The notes beneath the pieces were generated by a model that saw nothing but the letters and a program-made list of their open reading frames with translations, did no database searches and was not told the origin of the DNA. From Eledone cirrhosa (taxonomy: Eukaryota): a stretch of DNA of 64,000 bases. Positions 58,414-64,000 of this stretch are shown here, one piece after another. Both the position numbers and the translations under genes were made by a program. Positions within the stretch are counted from its first letter, which is position 1; each line of letters begins with the position of its first letter. Location: the NCBI GenBank assembly GCA_964016885.1, contig OZ024741.1, forward strand, positions 106,888,001-106,952,000, read 5' to 3'.

Positions 58414-58729
58414 GAAAGGTATAGAAAATATTGTAGCAAAAAGCCAACAGTATTCCATAATATATATATATATATATATTCATATAACAAAAATTAAAAT
58501 TAAGGGTTTTCATGTCTGAGAGACATGCGCCATATCCACCGTAGAATAAGCTCAAAGATTATATCCGAACATTACATATCAACTAGAAATAGATTGACAT
58601 ATATATATAAAATAAATACATGAAACAATCACAGGGAATAATTTGTAAAGAATGTAAGCACACATAGCTAGGTAGGTAAATAATTAAAGTTTGACTAGAA
58701 CTTCAAAATAGCAATATATGTATGTATAT

Positions 58730-58811
<82 letters not shown>

Positions 58812-58834
58812 ATTATTTACATTGTTAAATTAAC

Positions 58835-58886
<52 letters not shown>

Positions 58887-59017
58887 TGTGTGCCTGCGTG
58901 TGTCTGCGTATGTGCGTGTGTGCGCTTGTGTACGTGTCTGTATATATATATATATATATATATATACAATATATATATATATATATATACAATATATATA
59001 TATATATATATATATAC

Positions 59018-59749
59018 AATAGCTCCATTAGTACAAATTTACCAGTACTCTTCTTTAAAATAATTAAAAGACATTTTCCCACATCACACAAATACCACAA
59101 AATCCTAAACCCTACCACTATAAGACTGTCATACTCTACAGCGTTAAACCTTGAACAACACATAAAAAAGATCAATACTAGAAGGTTAAACGAAAACACT
59201 AAGAACTTAAGTACAAAGAACCCCCAAAAAACAGTAGACAATACACTACAGAACATAAATAAACCACACCTAAGTTCGTCCGCAATACTACTCCAGAGAA
59301 AACCCAACGTACACAACTGTAACTGCACCTATCCTGACAACTGCCCCCTCGGCAATAACTGCCTGGAAAAAAATATTATTTATAAGTGTACCATTAAATC
59401 CGGAGGCAACGAGTGGTATTACGTGGGATCAACGGCAACATCGTTTAAATCTCGATTGTATAGGCATTCTTACTCAATAAAACACCAGAGCCAAAGAAAT
59501 GTAACAACTTTAGCAGAAAAAGCTTGGACGCTCAGGGATAGCAATCAAAAGTTTACCCTAAAATGGGAAAAATTAGCTAAAACCCAAAGCTTTTCCAGGA
59601 GCCAAAATTTCTGCAAATTGTGTAATCTTGAGATTTATTACATAATCACACACAAGAAGAAACTGCTGAATAACAGAATTGAACGAACATTATTCTGCCG
59701 TCACAGAACTAAAACCCTTTTTTCCCACTACAAGCAGAATATTACATAA
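59018..59749 (+). pseudogene. PLE RT-thumb/linker plus GIY-YIG endonuclease, uninterrupted but 5'-truncated (Naiad-like, tentative)
   Basis: [22 protein letters not shown]...[21 protein letters not shown]...YVGSTATSFKSRLYRH...CKLCNLE...LLNNRIE...CRH; the element extends to about 60858. Confidence 0.9.
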
Positions 59750-60076
59750 AAGAGGGACATCCCCCAACTATATAAACCTTAATCTAGTTAGAAAAATATA
59801 AAAACAATCTCTTCTCAACATATATTAATAACCTTAAATTACCATACTAATAATGAAAAGATATGCTGATGAGAATAGGTACAAATATGCGATAATGAAT
59901 GTGTCTAAAAACGTCCATAAGTATGTATATATATGTGAAAATGTATATAAATAAGTAAATATATATATATGTTTGATGTGTATAGTTAGATGTAAGTGTA
60001 TTCATGTATTAAAGTGCTTATATATATATATGTGTGTGTGTGTATATGTATATATGTGTATATATGTATGTGTATG

Positions 60077-60109
<33 letters not shown>

Positions 60110-60703
60110 GTATGTGTATATATATATATATATATATATGTGTATGTATGTATGTGTATATGGATGTGTATGTATGTGTATGTGTGTACACATGGACTAG
60201 AGTATGTATGTATATATGTGTGTGTCTATACGTGTGTATATATAAAGATAAGTTGAGTATGAAAATGTATACACATGAGCGCGTATGTATGTACATGAAT
60301 ACATGTGTGTATATATATGTGTATGCATGTGTATATATATGTAAGTATGAATATGTGAATTGTGAGTATATGTATTTTGTAGAGGTGTGCAAATATATTT
60401 GTGTGTGAATGCGTGGGTGAAAGAATACGTACACTTGAAAGAAAAATTTAAGTCTGAATGTTAAGTGCAAACACAAAACCAACCACGCATATCTTTACTA
60501 TCTCTAATCCTTCTATAGATTTAGAAAAATAACCAATAATATATTCTATAAAAAATGTCAAAACAACAGATGGGAATCTAATTACTCACTGCCACCAAGA
60601 ATTCTCACTGCTATCGAAAAACCACTCCTTCAACTATTCTTCTAACAACTTCACCCCTCCCTCCTAATATTCTCTATAAAAACTAAATAGGTCCTCAGTA
60701 ATA

Positions 60704-60820
60704 TTATTCTGATGAAATGACAGTAAATAATAACATTGAAATATTGAATGTCTGCATAACTAAAAGTTTGTAGATAGCTGTTTTAGGTTATGTAACTGTT
60801 ATAGAAACACGTGTTAATAA
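60704..60820 (+). ncRNA. Type I HHR with long stem II in the PLE 3' UTR
   Basis: ttatt/aataa; CTGATGA; atgacagt...actgttat; GAAA cacgtg TT. Confidence 0.8.
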
Positions 60821-60854
60821 ATTCCTTTCAACTAAACTGTATCCATTCAAATCT

Positions 60855-60967
<113 letters not shown>

Positions 60968-60983
60968 AATATATATATATATA

Positions 60984-63209
<2,226 letters not shown>

Positions 63210-63491
63210 AAGTTCCATCCACCCACACTCACAAACGCATATACATTCCTGTATGGCGGCAGATGATAATAGCGATATTTACGTAATATACGTAACATAT
63301 TGCGTTAGACTTACGTATATATATTGTTTCTATATTCATTATTAATGCCCGAATGATATATGTTGACGGATAAGAGGCCATTGTATACTTTGTCCTAATG
63401 TTGCCGGTGTTTATTTTTACTATTGTCAGTCTGGATCGATATAATTGTTTATACATTTTGCTATCGAACTATGAAGCGTAATGTCACAGCC

Positions 63492-63890
63492 ATTAGTATC
63501 GGTAGAGGGTCGGACGCCATGCTTTGCAGTAAAGAGTTACGGTTTATGGTCTGAGTTCAAATCCCGCCGAGGTTAACTTTGCCTTTCATCCTTACAGAGT
63601 CGATAAAATAAAGTACCAGTAATACACTGATTTCATTGCTGGCCTTGTGCCAAAAGTAGAAACAATTATTATTATTATATTTACTGGCACTATAGTTAGA
63701 CCGTGGGACATTACGCTTTGCGGCAAATAGTTACGTTCCTTTACATTGGTTAGCCATGGTTAGCTTTGCTTGTCATCCTTACCGGGTCGATAAATAAAGT
63801 ACCAGTAACGCACTGGGGTGGATTTAATCGACTTGCCTCTCCCCAAAAATGATGGCTTGTGTCTCAAGTAGACCATTATTATTATTATTA
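63492..63890 (+). mobile_element. Two tandem copies of SINE family 1
   Basis: Copies at about 63492-63672 and 63685-63890, with core and (ATT)n tails. Confidence 0.85.
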
Positions 63891-64000
63891 TTATTACAGT
63901 TGCATTTATCTTGCTTTATGTTCATACGAGTTATCACCAAGTCACAACCAGTGACCTCAAGAGACAACAAGGTCCGCCATGTTCAAGAAAGAACATACAT

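Overview
Eukaryotic, AT-rich, microsatellite-saturated non-coding DNA. The repeat content ((TA)n/(CA)n tracts, tRNA-derived SINEs, RTE LINEs, Penelope-like elements) suggests a coleoid cephalopod such as Octopus; this is inference. Nearly all supplied ORFs are translated microsatellites. Real coding remnants are five GIY-YIG endonuclease fragments of Penelope-like elements (PLEs) and three RTE LINE fragments; a few small minus-strand host exons are possible. The main hidden signal, read by eye, is about 25 type I hammerhead ribozymes (HHRs) with recognisable cores, plus several degenerate ones, from more than a dozen families. They occur in three settings: (a) 3' UTRs/pseudo-LTRs of PLEs; (b) short fold-back palindromes inserted in (TA)n; (c) non-coding head-to-tail units of 331, 440, 442, 469 and 523 nt that resemble non-LTR retrozymes (candidate circular RNAs). 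Three diverged 440-469 nt families conserve an ATGCAAAT octamer about 75-86 nt upstream of the HHR. Two unrelated families carry a compensated U3-A8 catalytic core. Also present: a complete 1005-bp non-autonomous Helitron whose empty site is in the window, a 5'-inverted RTE insertion, a bipartite RTE and several MITEs. All structures were derived manually and need computational and experimental confirmation.
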